A DNA stretch of 63,223 bases, counting the filler, from Craspedostauros australis (Eukaryota): assembly GCA_030167865.1 (NCBI GenBank). It is 10 parts of 10 records of this genome, joined end to end, with 100 filler letters (N's around TTAATTAATTAA, not from the genome) between each part and the next. Parts side by side here need not be neighbours in the genome. Positions count along the whole stretch, not along the records: positions 36,533 to 47,390 come from JALAGF010001388.1; positions 47,491 to 49,689 come from JALAGF010001390.1; positions 49,790 to 51,051 come from JALAGF010001391.1; positions 51,152 to 52,299 come from JALAGF010001392.1; positions 52,400 to 53,704 come from JALAGF010001393.1; positions 53,805 to 57,478 come from JALAGF010001394.1; positions 57,579 to 61,598 come from JALAGF010001395.1; 3 more parts are not named here. The stretch is one strand, 5' to 3'. Every line of letters begins with the position of its first letter. Within the stretch, counting starts at the first letter, position 1. Shown here in pieces: positions 45,085 to 58,160 of the stretch. Below the pieces are notes generated by a model. That model made no database searches, was not told the DNA's origin, and saw nothing but the letters and a program-made list of their open reading frames with translations. Made by a program: the position numbers and the translations under genes.

Positions 45085-47390
45085 TGTTGTTCGCTAATAT
45101 TATGAGATATTACATTGCTGAGCTGAGGAGTTGCGGTCTTGGCTCCTGCTAGTGTCTTGATCTGCTCTAGGAGGAAAGTGGGCGCGAGGTGCGCACTTTG
45201 CGTACGCCGGTCAGTCGGGTCACGTGCGGGACTGGAATCAATACACCCTCGCGTAACTCCCAACATGCTCTGTCTTGCTGATTTGCCGCTGTCAGGAGTA
45301 GGCTTGAGGTATACTTCTCTCATTTTTCGGTGATGTGCCGTCGGATGATGCTTCGTGAAGTAGTTGGCAAGATTGTCTGCACTGGGGGCCCAGTATACGA
45401 TGAATTGGCCTTGCTGGATTCGGTCGCGCACCCAGTAGAAGCGCATGTCCATTGCTCTTGTGCGTCGCTGTTTCATGGTGTTATTGACGATGCCGGATGC
45501 TGTGGAATTGTCGGTTTTGATGGGCGTGGGTGGCTGGGCGTGGCCGAGCTCGTCGAGGGTGGTGCGCAGCGCCGACGCCGCTGTGCAGTTCAGGTATAGT
45601 GCGCCGACCTCGGCTTCGGCCGCCGAGCTCATGACGTTCTGAATTTTGTTGCATACTGTGTGTATGGCTCCGTTGTTAGGAGGCGGTTGGATGGGCGCCT
45701 TGCTGTTGTCTGGCGAGCGTTTGCTGAGGTACATGTGCCCGCCTGCGCGACTTCTGGCCTTTGGTAGGCTCAGGTATGATGCGTCGCTGTCGACATGCAG
45801 TATCATGTCGCTGGCGTGGTAGACGATGGTCGCGTTGGGATGGGTGGCGCAGTAGTCGAGTAGTTGCTTGACTCGGTTCGCCGTGTTGTGCGTGGCATGT
45901 GCCTGCTGTGTGGCGATGTCACTGACTGCTGGGAGGATGGTGGGGTCGACGGCTCTCGCGTAGTAAAGCAGGGTTCCTACTATCTGCCGGATGCGGATGA
46001 TCTCTTCAGCTGGCAGTTCCGGTGCGGTGTCTTCCAGTTTGGGTTCCTGCGTTCTTGCACCGTATACTGGTGCTTCGCACGGGGCTGGCGCGTGTTGCGG
46101 TTTGGTGGGGATCGGATGTTGGAATTTGTGAAGCGCCTTTTCACGTACCCTGGCATGGAGAGCTCCACTTTTCTTGCGTCGTAGTCCCATTTGAGACTGA
46201 CGCCGCAGTAGAGATCGCCGTCCCACTCGATGATGCACTTGTATATCGTTTGAAGCGCCCCGATGAGATGTTGTGCGTGTTCCTTGCCCACGTATTTGAC
46301 TCCGAAGTCGTCTACCACGAGAGTGAATGTGATGGGTCTGCAGTCGTGCTTCCACAATCCTGGAGTGTGTGGGACTGGCCTGTACCCGAATTTCGCGAGG
46401 TGTTTTTGGAGCTTCACATTTGCGATTTTGCCCGCCTGTGGTAGCCCGTACATGCCCTTTCGCACTTCGACGTAGACGTTGCCGTTGTGTTCCAAGTTCC
46501 GGAGCTGGTATTGTTCGATGATCTCTGGTGGCAGCATTGTCATTGGCATTCGCATGTATTCGTATCTGTCCATTTCGGTGTTCAGATAAAAATCCTTGAT
46601 GTCGATGGTCATGAATCTCGCATTCGGTGTGGAGACGACGCTGTTGAACAAACACTTCGCGGTGGTGAGTTCGGCGGTGGGTGTGTGCACGTCGAAGGGG
46701 TAATCGATGAGATTTCCTCCTACGGTGAGGCGCGTGCGATGTGTTTCCGCTTTTTGTGGTCGTACGGCGCAGACGATGCGGCCGTATGTGACGGTGCGAT
46801 CTCGTGGTACTGCTGATCTTGGGACGAAGAAGATGGTGTTGGTTGCCGCCGATGCTGGGATGCGGGTTCCGACGCCTTGTGCGAGACGCCCGATCTCGTT
46901 TGCGAAGGATGTGTACCATTGTTGCGGGGTGTGGCCATGAACCTTGCCAGCGATGAGGTGCCGGTATTCGTATGCCGTTCCCGTGCGTTCGTCGATGACT
47001 GCGTTTGCGGTGGTGGCTCCGCGTGCCCATTGCTTGCGCTGGATGGTGCCGGTGCGCAGTCGTGTGCGTGGCGTTGTTGCGGAATGGCCTGTGGGAGGTG
47101 CTCCCGTGTTGGCGCTGTCGTCGTCGTCGTCGTCGTCGTCCGATTCTGGTTCGGAGTCGGCTTCGTCGTCTGTGACTTGCGGTGTGGTTTGGGGCACCCT
47201 CGGAGGTGTGCGCGCCGGCGTCGCGAAGGTGACGCGTTTGTTGTTGGTGCCACTGCTGGCCGTGGTGAGCACCCTCGGAGGTGGCTCGGTGTGCACCCTC
47301 GGAAGTGGCGCTGTGGGCGTCGCGGGGAGCGCCTGCTGGAAGATGTCGCTGAGCTGCTGGAGTGCTCCGAGTTGCTCGTCGCCAATGGAC
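45085..47390 (-). mobile_element. Ty1/copia retrotransposon 3' part: RT + RNase H + putative 3' LTR
   Basis: RT motifs RLTVGGN, IDIKDFYL, GMYGLPQAG, LVVDDFG. RNase H motifs HVDSDASY, SAAEAE, TDNSTA, MRFYWVRDR, NLANYFTKHH. One frameshift at ~46140. GAGGG-TG at 45250-45244 marks the probable LTR start. Confidence 0.93.
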
Positions 47391-47490
47391 NNNNNNNNNN
47401 NNNNNNNNNNNNNNNNNNNNNNNNNNNNNNNNNNTTAATTAATTAANNNNNNNNNNNNNNNNNNNNNNNNNNNNNNNNNNNNNNNNNNNN

Positions 47491-47888
47491 TGTTCTGCCA
47501 CTGCTCCAACACGCGATGATCTCGCTCTGCGTCCATAGCTGGAGCTCGGTACAGTCACCAGCCCGCTCACGTCCCCAGACAGCGCCAATTTCGCAGCCGA
47601 TTTTGCAGCTCGCATGGCAACCGAGTTTCGTGACGTCATCGTTCGATTGGTCGCCGATGATTGATTGAGAGGAGCGACTCTGTCTGCATCACCGTCGCCG
47701 CCATGATCTTGTTGACTATTTGCATCGTACGCAACTCCTGCATTGGGTCGTCTCTGCCGCTGCACTTCGTTGAGCAACTCCAGCACCTCGTTGGGATCGT
47801 CTTGGACATCTTCCTCCTCCTCCTCGAAGCTGTCGTCCCTCGCTTGTCCGTGGTTGCTGGCGTTTCGGCGATGGTTGGGATCGCTCAT
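47491..47888 (-). CDS. Hypothetical protein, N-terminal fragment running into a gap
   Basis: ATG 47888 (ACCATG context); frame open to the gap (MSDPNHRR...EEEEEDVQDDPNEVLELL...). Confidence 0.45.
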
Positions 47889-49789
47889 GGTCCCAGTTCT
47901 TCATTCAATTCTATTCCACTCTGCTGTTTCTCGTTGTTGAGCTTGGTCCAACTCACCGACTTCTGCCAAACCTCTCTTTCGCGATACCTGTCGATCGATG
48001 GGCTCAGATCTGCGTTGATGCGTTCTTGTGGGTGGTCATCGCAGTCGCATTCTTTGTTGGTCTGTTGGGAGTGCCGCGAACACCATCACGAATTGTACGA
48101 CCAACACTTGAGCTTTTCCCCTTCGACTTTTTCTCACTCGTGACCAAATCTGTCTTGCGTTGTGTCTCTGACGGTTTCGAAACGTTATGACAATCCACAA
48201 TCTGCCATGCAGGTAGGACGCACTAAGTTGTGAGGTTGGGTGAAGCGATTGTGTCCACATGAGCTGACTGCGTACCCACGTGCATCAAGAAGAGTGCGAG
48301 CTATAATACGATCTATGGAACCCGAGCACTTCCAATTCAACTCAAGACTGCTGTGCTGCCATCGTTCTGCACAAGAGCTGGCGATGGATGGCATCGCGAG
48401 GAAGCACAGCGAAAACGGTGCGGTCCTTGGCGAAGCCATTTGCGATACCACAGCTCATAGATCGTAGATCGTGTAATAGATCGTCGATCGTACGCAGTCC
48501 CATAGACTCTAAACTAAAAAGGAGAAAGAGAATTCTGTATCAACGGCATCAACGATTGAACTGCAAGTGTAGTACTCGGAGAGTGTCATGTACTCCACAC
48601 GTGTTCCTCTGCTACGGAATGATTTGCGTCAAAGGACTTGTTGCAACACGCAACTACCGCACATCATGCCACAGCAGAGCGTCAGAGTACGACAACTGGC
48701 TGTCTGCACTCGTCCATGTGTTCATGGAGATGCTGATGCGAACATCCAACGACAAGAATCATCCAAGAACCCAAAGTCATGACGCGTGTGGAGTAAAGTA
48801 CTGTTATATATATATATATTCATATTACACCGTTATGACCAGCACTTTGGGTTTTTCCACATCGCCGAAAGACTTTGTTCTGTGGATCGCCAAGGAGAGA
48901 AGAATCCGTTCTGTGGGCATCGTCAGAAACTGGACACTGTCAGATGACTGTTCGATCCTCGCTATGCCACCCATGTCTGCGATAATGCAGCACAAGTATT
49001 GGTGCATGTACGAGCTAGGCACATCAACTATTTTACTTTTGAACCAACAGTGTTCGTACGAGTACGAGTACGTTTTCATTCTCGCCACTGTGCTTGCCAT
49101 CGGAGGTTGGTTTCCTTGTTGAGGATCGCCACCAGGTTCGCATCGATGGATCCAAGACATGAGGTTGGAGTCTTTCGGGCGCTGCAAATGTCCAAACAAA
49201 TGCCAGGCAACCACAGCGCAACTCGCAGACCACTCTGTTTTGGAATCGCCTTGACACCTTGATGAACTTGCATGTACTCGTAGCGCATGGGTACGAGTAG
49301 TCGACGAGGATCACACCCGCAGGCATCAATCTGTTTCGAAATGATATTGTCTTGATTGCATGTGATGAGGAAAACATGAGACGAAAGCGAAATCAGTTCT
49401 CTGCATAGTCCCGAAAATGAGGGCGTGTGATGTGTTGGAGGTACTACTATGGTGAAAGTACTCTGCCATTAGCTCGTGACCATATCACGCAGCGAAAGTC
49501 ACGATGTCACACCACTCGTCACATCCCGCGCACTCGTACCACACCATGCACACGACAAGCTCACGGTATTGACTGGAATCAATTCCGTCCCTCCAACACC
49601 GACAGTCGCTGTCTCATAAAATCAATCGATGAACAGATTGAAAAGCAAACCATCACCAGCCAGCAACCACAACGACAACAACGACAACANNNNNNNNNNN
49701 NNNNNNNNNNNNNNNNNNNNNNNNNNNNNNNNNTTAATTAATTAANNNNNNNNNNNNNNNNNNNNNNNNNNNNNNNNNNNNNNNNNNNN

Positions 49790-51050
49790 GATGAGAATAT
49801 CCTGCATGGATTTGTTCTCTCCGCTGTTGTCTCCTCGGAAGATGATTTGTTGATCACCAGTCTGTGACTTGATTGTCTGGACGAATTGTTTGATGTATCC
49901 TGGTTGATCACTCTTGTTCTTGAGAAAGAAACTCCAGCAGTGATCCGTGCAGTCGTCCACNATCAGGGTCCAGTAGCGTTTATCTCCGAAGCTTATGTGT
50001 TTAGTGTAACTAATGTCAATGAAGAGACGTTCACCNCTGTGAGTTGCTCTTGGGATTGTTGCCTTCAAGATGTTCTTCACTCTTGCGTTCGCGACCGCGC
50101 AGTCGCGACATACCGGCATTTCACCGATGATCTTCCATCCGTATTGAGCGGCTGTCCGCTTCATGGTCTTGAGTGGCGCGTGGCCGAGCATTCGATGCAA
50201 GTTCACTGCGCTGATCTCCTTGGATGGATTCTTGATGATGGCTGTGCAAGCCTTGTCGTCGACTGTTGGCATGATGGGATGCATCTGCACTCCCGTGATG
50301 AATCCGTTGGATGTGGGGAAGACTCGATCGAACACGATCTTCGTTCTGGATCCGTTGATGGTGTCCATCAGAATGCCGTTGTTACCAAGCTGGTATCCAT
50401 TGTACAGAGCCTTGTTCGTTGAGAAAAGGTTCACCACCATTTTCGGTGTGTACTTCACATCATCGAGCCGGATGATGTGGCCAGTGTTGTCTCGTTGCTT
50501 GACCTTCAAGCAAATGGATCCCATTTTGGGAGAGTCCAGCTTTGTACTATCTCCCACTTGGACGAAGGACTTGATGTGCCGCACGTTGAAGAGAGCGGCG
50601 TCCGAATTGACGATATGACACGAAGCTCCGCTGTTGGCGAGCCAGGTGTCTTTGTTGACCTTGTCCTTGTATCTGCTACTCAGCTCGTGGAGCTGCTCCA
50701 CGGCTGCTGCAGCTATCTCGTCGTCAAAGCTGCCGTCGTCTTCATCTTCGTGGACTCTGTCTTTGTTGTACGGATTGTGATGATCTCCATCATCCATGCC
50801 GTCATCGCTTGGTAGTTCTGCGTAGTCCGATGGAACTGTGCTGTTCTGATGGATTCTGGCCCCTGTGTCGTATGGCGCGACGTGTGGTCGCTCGCGCAAG
50901 AGCACACGCATGCATCCTCCAAGGACGTAGTGTAGATCCAATTCTGAGAGTTGATCCTCTTCTGCTTCCTCCAATAGTCGGTTGAGGATGGCTGCGTTGG
51001 CGAGTATCTCTTCAATCGACTTGAAGTTGTCGGACAGGATGGTGCTCACC
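49790..51050 (-). mobile_element. Ty1/copia pol fragment (protease, GAG-pre-integrase, integrase core)
   Basis: WLANSGASCH (protease DSG changed to NSG), LHRMLGH...CRDC zinc motif, RLFIDIS, VDDCT, RGDNSGEN. Gaps on both sides. Confidence 0.9.
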
Positions 51051-52399
51051 ANNNNNNNNNNNNNNNNNNNNNNNNNNNNNNNNNNNNNNNNNNNNTTAAT
51101 TAATTAANNNNNNNNNNNNNNNNNNNNNNNNNNNNNNNNNNNNNNNNNNNNCTTGTGCCGTCGGCGATATGCCAATGGTTACCAATAATTACCAATAAGT
51201 GCCAAAAAACCGGAAATTAGCCAATAGCCACTAGTGCCTCAAAGAGCCAGACCAAAAAATTGTCGATTTTTGGCGATGTTTGGCTACAGTTGGCTTCAGA
51301 TCCTGGATCAGTTTTTCCCAAACTCCGCCTACGTGTTATGGCCCCATTCAGGGTTCGCACGTACGCAAATGCGGATTTTTATTTTATAAGCTATATCATC
51401 CTAATATATTGTAGAGAGTATATGTGTGAAGTTGCAAGCTCCTGGTCCCTATAGTTAAAAAGTTTATATTTTTGCAATACTCTACAACTAGAAACGTTAA
51501 GCATGCGGACGCAAAGGGGCAACTTGGATTCGCAATCGCCAGTCATGCTTCAGCTTGATTTCCAGTCGTGCCCACCATCGAGACACTCACATTTCGCGTG
51601 GGGAAGGCGGTTGGTTTTGAGGATTGCGTGGCAGCGGTAGGCACGCTGAGGCTTCTGCTTCGTCTGGAATGTGGATCAGTTGTCAAAATTCAGAGTTGTG
51701 GGTTGGTGGGGAATCCAGATCTTGACCCCCAGCTTGACTGTCACACAGTTCTGTCACCATTTATGTCCCAGGACGTTGAGCTTTGTCCCTGTCTCAATCA
51801 GCACACATTGACTTCCATCTACATGCCCAATCTATTCTGTGGCCTCATCCTTGCTTCAGGTCTATTCTCTGTTTGTTCCTTTCGACCTCCTCTCTGCTCG
51901 TCGTTGCCAACAGCCATCATTGGCTTCTGGCCGTTGTTCATCTGTTCTCCTATCAGCTTCTTATTTCGGTGTCGATCATTTTATTCTTCCGAATTGAAGG
52001 CATTTTCGCGTGTTTTCCCATTTCTGGAGAAGCATGATTTTAGTTGAGATTCAATGAGGGACAGACTATTACCGGATACGGTATCAACCAGATGAGAGAA
52101 ATTCTTGTTTTGGCGCGAAATCTTCCGACTTGATCGACCACCAAACCTTTTTCTCCTCCTTTCTCTCCTCCATTCACGAATCCATCATGACTCAAACATG
52201 ACCGACCTGACTCACAATCCACCTTGGGAACTATATGCTCCTCAGATCCCTTTACTGCAACATATCTCGATTCCCTCCATGCTGATGACTACTGCACCAN
52301 NNNNNNNNNNNNNNNNNNNNNNNNNNNNNNNNNNNNNNNNNNNTTAATTAATTAANNNNNNNNNNNNNNNNNNNNNNNNNNNNNNNNNNNNNNNNNNNN

Positions 52400-53704
52400 T
52401 GACGACCTATAACCACTCGGAACGCACCCATTGGGGACCATACCATGGCCCACCATCGTTGGTTTGCTCGCGCATTGATCATTTGTATGTACATCTAGCC
52501 AGAACACGATATTCAGTGGTGCTGAATATCCAACTTCGAGTGTATCACCAAACATGACCGGAGGATCCTATAAATACGTAATGACGACCTATAACCACTC
52601 GGAACGCACCCATTGGGGACCATACCATGGCCCACCATCGTTGGTTTGCTCGCGCATTGATCATTCCTATGTACATCTGTCCAGAACACGATATTCAGTG
52701 GTGCTGAATATTCACTGTCATATGAATCACCAAATTCGACCGGAGGATCCTATAAATACGTAATGACGACCTATAACCACTCGGAACGCACCCATTGGGG
52801 ACCATACCATGGCCCACCATCGTTGGTTTGCTCGCGCATTGACCATTCCTATGCACTTCTGGCAAGAACACGATATTCAGTGGCGCTGAATATTCACTGT
52901 CATACGAATCACCAAATTCGACCGCAGGACCCCCAAATATGCATTGGCGACCTATAACCACTCGGAACGCACCCACCGGGGACCATACCATGGCCCACAA
53001 TCGTTGGTTTGCTCGCGCATTGGTCATTCCTATGCACTTCTAGCCAGAACACGATATTCAGTGGTGCTGAATATTCAACTTCGAGTGTATCACCAAATTT
53101 GACCGCAGGACCCCTTAAATATGCAATTACGGTCTATAACCACTCGGAACGCACCCATTGGGGACCATACCATCGTCCCCCGTTGTTGGTTTGCTCGCGC
53201 ATTGATCATTCCTATGTACATCTATCCAGAACACGATATTCAGTGGTGCTGAATATTCACTGTCATATGAATCACCAAATTCGACCGGAGGATCCTATAA
53301 ATACGTAATGACGGCCTATAACCACTTGGAACGCACCCATCGGGGACCATACCATCGTCCCCCGTTGTTGGTTTGCTCGCGCATTGACCATTCCTATGCA
53401 CTTCTAGCCAGAACACGATATTCAGTGGTGCTGAATATTCACAGTCATATGAATCACGAAATTGGACGGAGTGACTCCTAAATATGCAATTACGGTCTAT
53501 AACCACTCGGAACGCACCCATTGGGGACCATACNNNNNNNNNNNNNNNNNNNNNNNNNNNNNNNNNNNNNNNNNNNNNNNNNNNNNNNCCAGAACACGAT
53601 ATTCAGTGGTGCTGAATATTCAACTTCATATGAATCACCAAATTGGACCTCAGGACCCCTAAACATGCAATGGCGGCCTATAACCACTCGGAACGCACCC
53701 ATTG
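52400..53704. repeat. ~182-bp tandem satellite (at least 7 units)
   Basis: Unit anchors at 52405, 52587, 52769, 52950, 53132, 53314, 53495, 53676. Conserved core TATAACCACTCGGAACGCACCCA..GGGGACCATACC. Both ends abut gaps. Confidence 0.97.
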
Positions 53705-54250
53705 NNNNNNNNNNNNNNNNNNNNNNNNNNNNNNNNNNNNNNNNNNNNTTAATTAATTAANNNNNNNNNNNNNNNNNNNNNNNNNNNNNNNNNNNNNNNN
53801 NNNNAAGAGCAATAGCGTAACCCTATCTACGATTTTCAGGATTTCAGGCGATTCACTTTTCTGTCTCAACGCAGTGTATTAAGTCCCGTTAAATTAGGTC
53901 ACGATCTAGAAAAGTGAAAATCGGACAAAATGTTGGGTGTTCCAGAACTTCGCTTGTGTCCATTCATCGTCCAGTCTCCATCAAGGGCACCAACGAAGAA
54001 CACAGCGATATTCATTACCGTTTCCAAGTGTTTCTCTCATCTCCTTCACTGTACGTCTGGAGCTATTTCGAGCTGTCGGCACAACAGCGTCCAAACTTGC
54101 GCGATTTCTCAAAGGCCGTGACCAGAAACGACACAGCGCTCGCGAGCATCCCAGCGAACCGTTTGTTGCCACGAAGCAGAGCACCAGCACTCACATCGCA
54201 TTCCCCTGCTCTTCGTCCTTGCAGCTGAACGTGCCTACGTCCTCGCTTCA

Positions 54251-54273
54251 GAGAGAGAGAGAGAGAGAGAGAG
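54251..54273. repeat. (GA)n microsatellite
   Basis: Seen directly. Confidence 0.85.
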
Positions 54274-54618
54274 CATTGGACTTCATTCAGAATACACAAA
54301 CACATCCACGTGCCAATACCAACACCGAATCTGCTGTGTTGGTCTTCTTGCAGCTGCTCGTTGACTTTTGCACTGACTGGTGATACTAATAAAACAACTT
54401 GGCAACTGCGCCACCATCGAACCCAAAACACTTGATCGTCCATCACAAGTGAGGAGATACAATACCATCTCTCTGTCTCTCTTCATCAGCGCTGCCATCG
54501 TGATCAGCAGCCACTCTTTCAAGACAGTGTCGGTATAGCCTGTCGGGTCTCGCACCATCGGACCCCGCAATACGTCGCACCACATTCGAAATCATCGATC
54601 GACAAGGCATCAAGCACC

Positions 54619-57192
54619 ATGGCAGACAAAACAACTCCCTGTGAGCAGACGGATGATCAAACGTACGCTTCATCACATCCAGGGACAGACACTACCGATG
54701 ATCCCAAGCACAGTATCTACGACGACGACAACCACACGTTCGGTGACGACGACGATGGCAACGATGACGATGACGAACAGTGGGATCAATTCCAGTTCAA
54801 CACCTTCGTGGGACGCGAAGACGAGCTGGAACGATTGAACTCGATCTACGGCCGCATATGTCGCAAACCACTGACGAAGCCCACACTTGATGACAGCAGC
54901 AGTGCCGATAGCAACAGGGATGCACAGGTCGTCCTCATCCACGGCTATTCAGGGACGGGCAAATCAACATTGGTGGATCGTTTCTTGCATAGATTGAATG
55001 ATGGCGCAACCAAGTCACCATCGCCGCCCCCATCGTCTCCACCATCTCAAACTGAAACATCCGCAATTGCTCACTCTGTACAGAATGAATCACCCATGCC
55101 ATCAAACAAGCGACGAGCTGACTCGCATCCATGTCACTATGGAAAGGGAAAGTACGACCAATTCAATGCAGGTGGCAATCTCTCGGCCATCGTGGATGCG
55201 CTGTCACATTTCTTTCGGAGCCTTGTTGCATCTGGCGACACCGAAGAATGCGACCGGATCAGGATGGGACTCAATCGGAGGATGGATGCCACACGCCGCA
55301 TGCTTGCGTGTCGAGCCATTCCGGGGCTTGCGTCTTTGTTGAAGGAACATCGGGCAAGTCTTGCAGGCAATGCTGGCAATTTGGTCGGTATCGCGACCTC
55401 AAACAGTTTTCGAAGCGGTCGCTCAAGCGAGTTGCTTCGCGAAGACCAGGCGTCGGTTTCTGCGGGCTCGATAGCTTCGGGGAGTGTGATGGACACAGGC
55501 ACGTTCTCCCATGCGGGATCCAAAACGAACGAGTGGGTTCAGCTGGTGTACAGCTTCAAGGTCGTTCTGAAGGCCATCTGCACTGACGGCCGTCCTCTCG
55601 TGCTCTATCTGGATGGTGAGTGGTAGCAATGGCATTGTCTGTTTCATGTGTGCGATGTTCCTCCACGGCCTCGGCGCGGCATCGTACGAGTACGCTGTCA
55701 CAACGCACCACACTGAACCACCGTTGTATCTTTCGCGTTCCCGATCTCTCACATTCGCACACCTGTACTCGCACGATCAGACCTTCAATGGGTTGATGAA
55801 CGATCTCTCAAGCTCATTACGGAGATCTTGATCGACCAATCCATCCGCAACCTTCTCATCATCGGATCATACCGATCCAACGAGGTGCACAACGATCCTC
55901 AACATCAGCTCACCACGGCCGTCTCCCAGTGGAAAAACAATGGAAAAACCATCCATGATATCGCCCTCAATGATCTCACAGCCACTCAAACTTCGGAGCT
56001 GCTCGCATCCTCACTTCGGTTGGATGCAGTCAAAACAACCCCTCTGGCCAAGCTGCTCCATGACAAGACCAAAGGCAACGTTCTCTACACCATGCAAGCG
56101 TTGGAGGGACTGCGCCGTCGTAAGGTTCTGACTCGCAACATCCACACAATGCAATGGGAATGGGATGAGCAGCGAGCAGCCGATGAAATTGATCTATCAG
56201 CGAATGTCGTCGACCTGATCACATCGAAGTTGCAGTCACTGCCTGAGGATCTTCAGAGGTGCTTGCAGATGGCTTCATTCCTGCGATCGACGTTCCGCCG
56301 GTCGTTGCTGGAGACGCTGATGGACATGGAGATTGAACAGCAGCAACAGAAGGCAGATGGTGGAGACACCATGCGTACCTTGGCAGGGACCGATATGAGC
56401 GTAGGTGACGCATTGAATCTAGCAGTGAAGGAGGAACTACTGGAGAGACTCGATGTCGACACAGCAACCGCCGCAGAGATAGCTGAAGGCACAGTCACCT
56501 CAGGTGCGACGTTCCGCTTCGTTCATGACCGAATCCAACAGGCGGCCTTCTCGTTGACTCCTCCAGGTGACGAACTCGATCAAATGAAGTATCGGGTTGG
56601 TAAACACCTCATGGAGATCACGTCTGATCCCATGCTGGGTGAAGATTGGATGTGGTTTGTGGCCGCAGATCATCTGGAGAATGCATCTTCGCTCACAACC
56701 ACCAACACTATCATCCCGGAGCTTGATCTGATCAAGCTGAACCTCAAGGTTGGGCAGCTCGCCGTTGGCGTGGCTGCATTTGTGCCAGCAATGAAATACT
56801 TGAACCGGGCATTGACGAATCTGGAGGTCAAGATAGCTGACCCTTGGAAGACGCAGCATGAGCTGTGTTTGGAGATCTACCATAGATTATCCGAGGTTGA
56901 GCTGACCCTTGGCAACTATGAGAAGGGATCGATCCTGTGCCAGGCCATCATCGACAACTGTGACAATTCCATCGAAGACATCGTCAGGGCAAACATATTG
57001 CTTGCCGTGGCTCTCGAACGGATGGAGAGACACGAGGAAGCTTGTGACTTACACCTTCGGTCGCTCAAGTTGCTGGGGACATTCCCAATGAGAAACCATC
57101 TATTCCTGGCACTGAGAGACTTCAGAAAGCTCAAGAAGTACTTCGCGAAGCACACAGATGAAGAGGTGCTGAACCTTCCTATCAACATCTAG
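54619..57192 (+). CDS. STAND/AAA_16-type NTPase (bacterial multi-sensor-kinase-like ATPase region), probably C-terminally truncated; 2 exons
   Basis: FVGREDEL, Walker A GYSGTGKS, GKYDQ, Walker B PLVLYLD|DLQWVD across intron 55616-55780, IGSYRSNEV, KTKGN, FRFVHDRIQQAA, then TPR-like helices. Confidence 0.85.
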
Positions 57193-58160
57193 ATCGAAAT
57201 TAGGTACCCATCTCCCATGACTGAAACGTGATTCATTATTTTTGATTCGACTCGATTTTGAGAGTATAGTCGAGTGAGTCTTGATACACGATTGAGATTC
57301 AGTCACTACAGTCATCGAACATGACGTAGGCACTGACATCATCGTATGACGTCAGTGGATCGGTCATTATGATCCTCGGAATCGAGATTATATCTTAGTC
57401 ATGGTATGCTGACCTGTCTAGCCTAGCCGAATGCATCATCGAGCACGTGGCAGCAACATTTAGGATCCAGAACAACATNNNNNNNNNNNNNNNNNNNNNN
57501 NNNNNNNNNNNNNNNNNNNNNNTTAATTAATTAANNNNNNNNNNNNNNNNNNNNNNNNNNNNNNNNNNNNNNNNNNNNCCAAACCTGCGGATGTTCTTGT
57601 CCGCAGGAGGGGCGCGTGCTGTCCTCTGAAGAAGGTGCGTCACTTGCCCATGGACATGCTGTCCTGATCAACGTCGTCGTCTGGGTGGTTGCCATGGTTG
57701 GCGTGGTATCGGGACCTCCTGATCCACCGTGGGTGTCTTCCTTATGTTACCAGAGGACAGGCTACCCTCCTCGCGGTTATACAGGTATCAATCNNNNNNN
57801 NNNNNNNNNNNNNNNNNNNNNNNNNNNNNNNNNCAAAGGTGTGACAAATAGTCTCCGAACATGTGACGAATAATATTCAAAGCTGTGACGAACAATGTTG
57901 GGAGGTGCGGCAATTACGGGTATTCCGACAAAGTTGTACCCTCAATTCCTAACAGCCATCCGTACCATCCACTCGTTTCGGTTATCAATCTATTCATCAA
58001 TAGCGAGTGTGCAATGAGAATGATCAGGGAGACCATCAAGCTCAAGCAGGGTGATCAACCATCAGAGCACTATCCTCTCAGCAACTGAGCATTCGAGATG
58101 GTGCTCTTTTTGAGCCGTTGCTGGGCGTCTCTTCCTGCACACGCCTTAACTGTGAACACC

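Noticed and set aside
45081..47030. 649-aa ORF as an independent gene
   Set aside because: Its C-terminal half is the frameshifted continuation of copia pol; its N-terminal half is an off-frame translation.
48388..49420. ORFs 48388-49122, 48825-49214 and 49033-49377
   Set aside because: No recognisable family; may be a decayed relic but unsupported.
51150..52300. AT-rich block and ORF 51568-52047
   Set aside because: Probably repeat-derived, but no diagnostic TE motif was identified.
52400..53704. Satellite as a CRISPR array, 5S/tRNA array or coding repeat
   Set aside because: No unique spacers, no 5S or tRNA signatures recognised, and the 181-182-bp period breaks reading frames.
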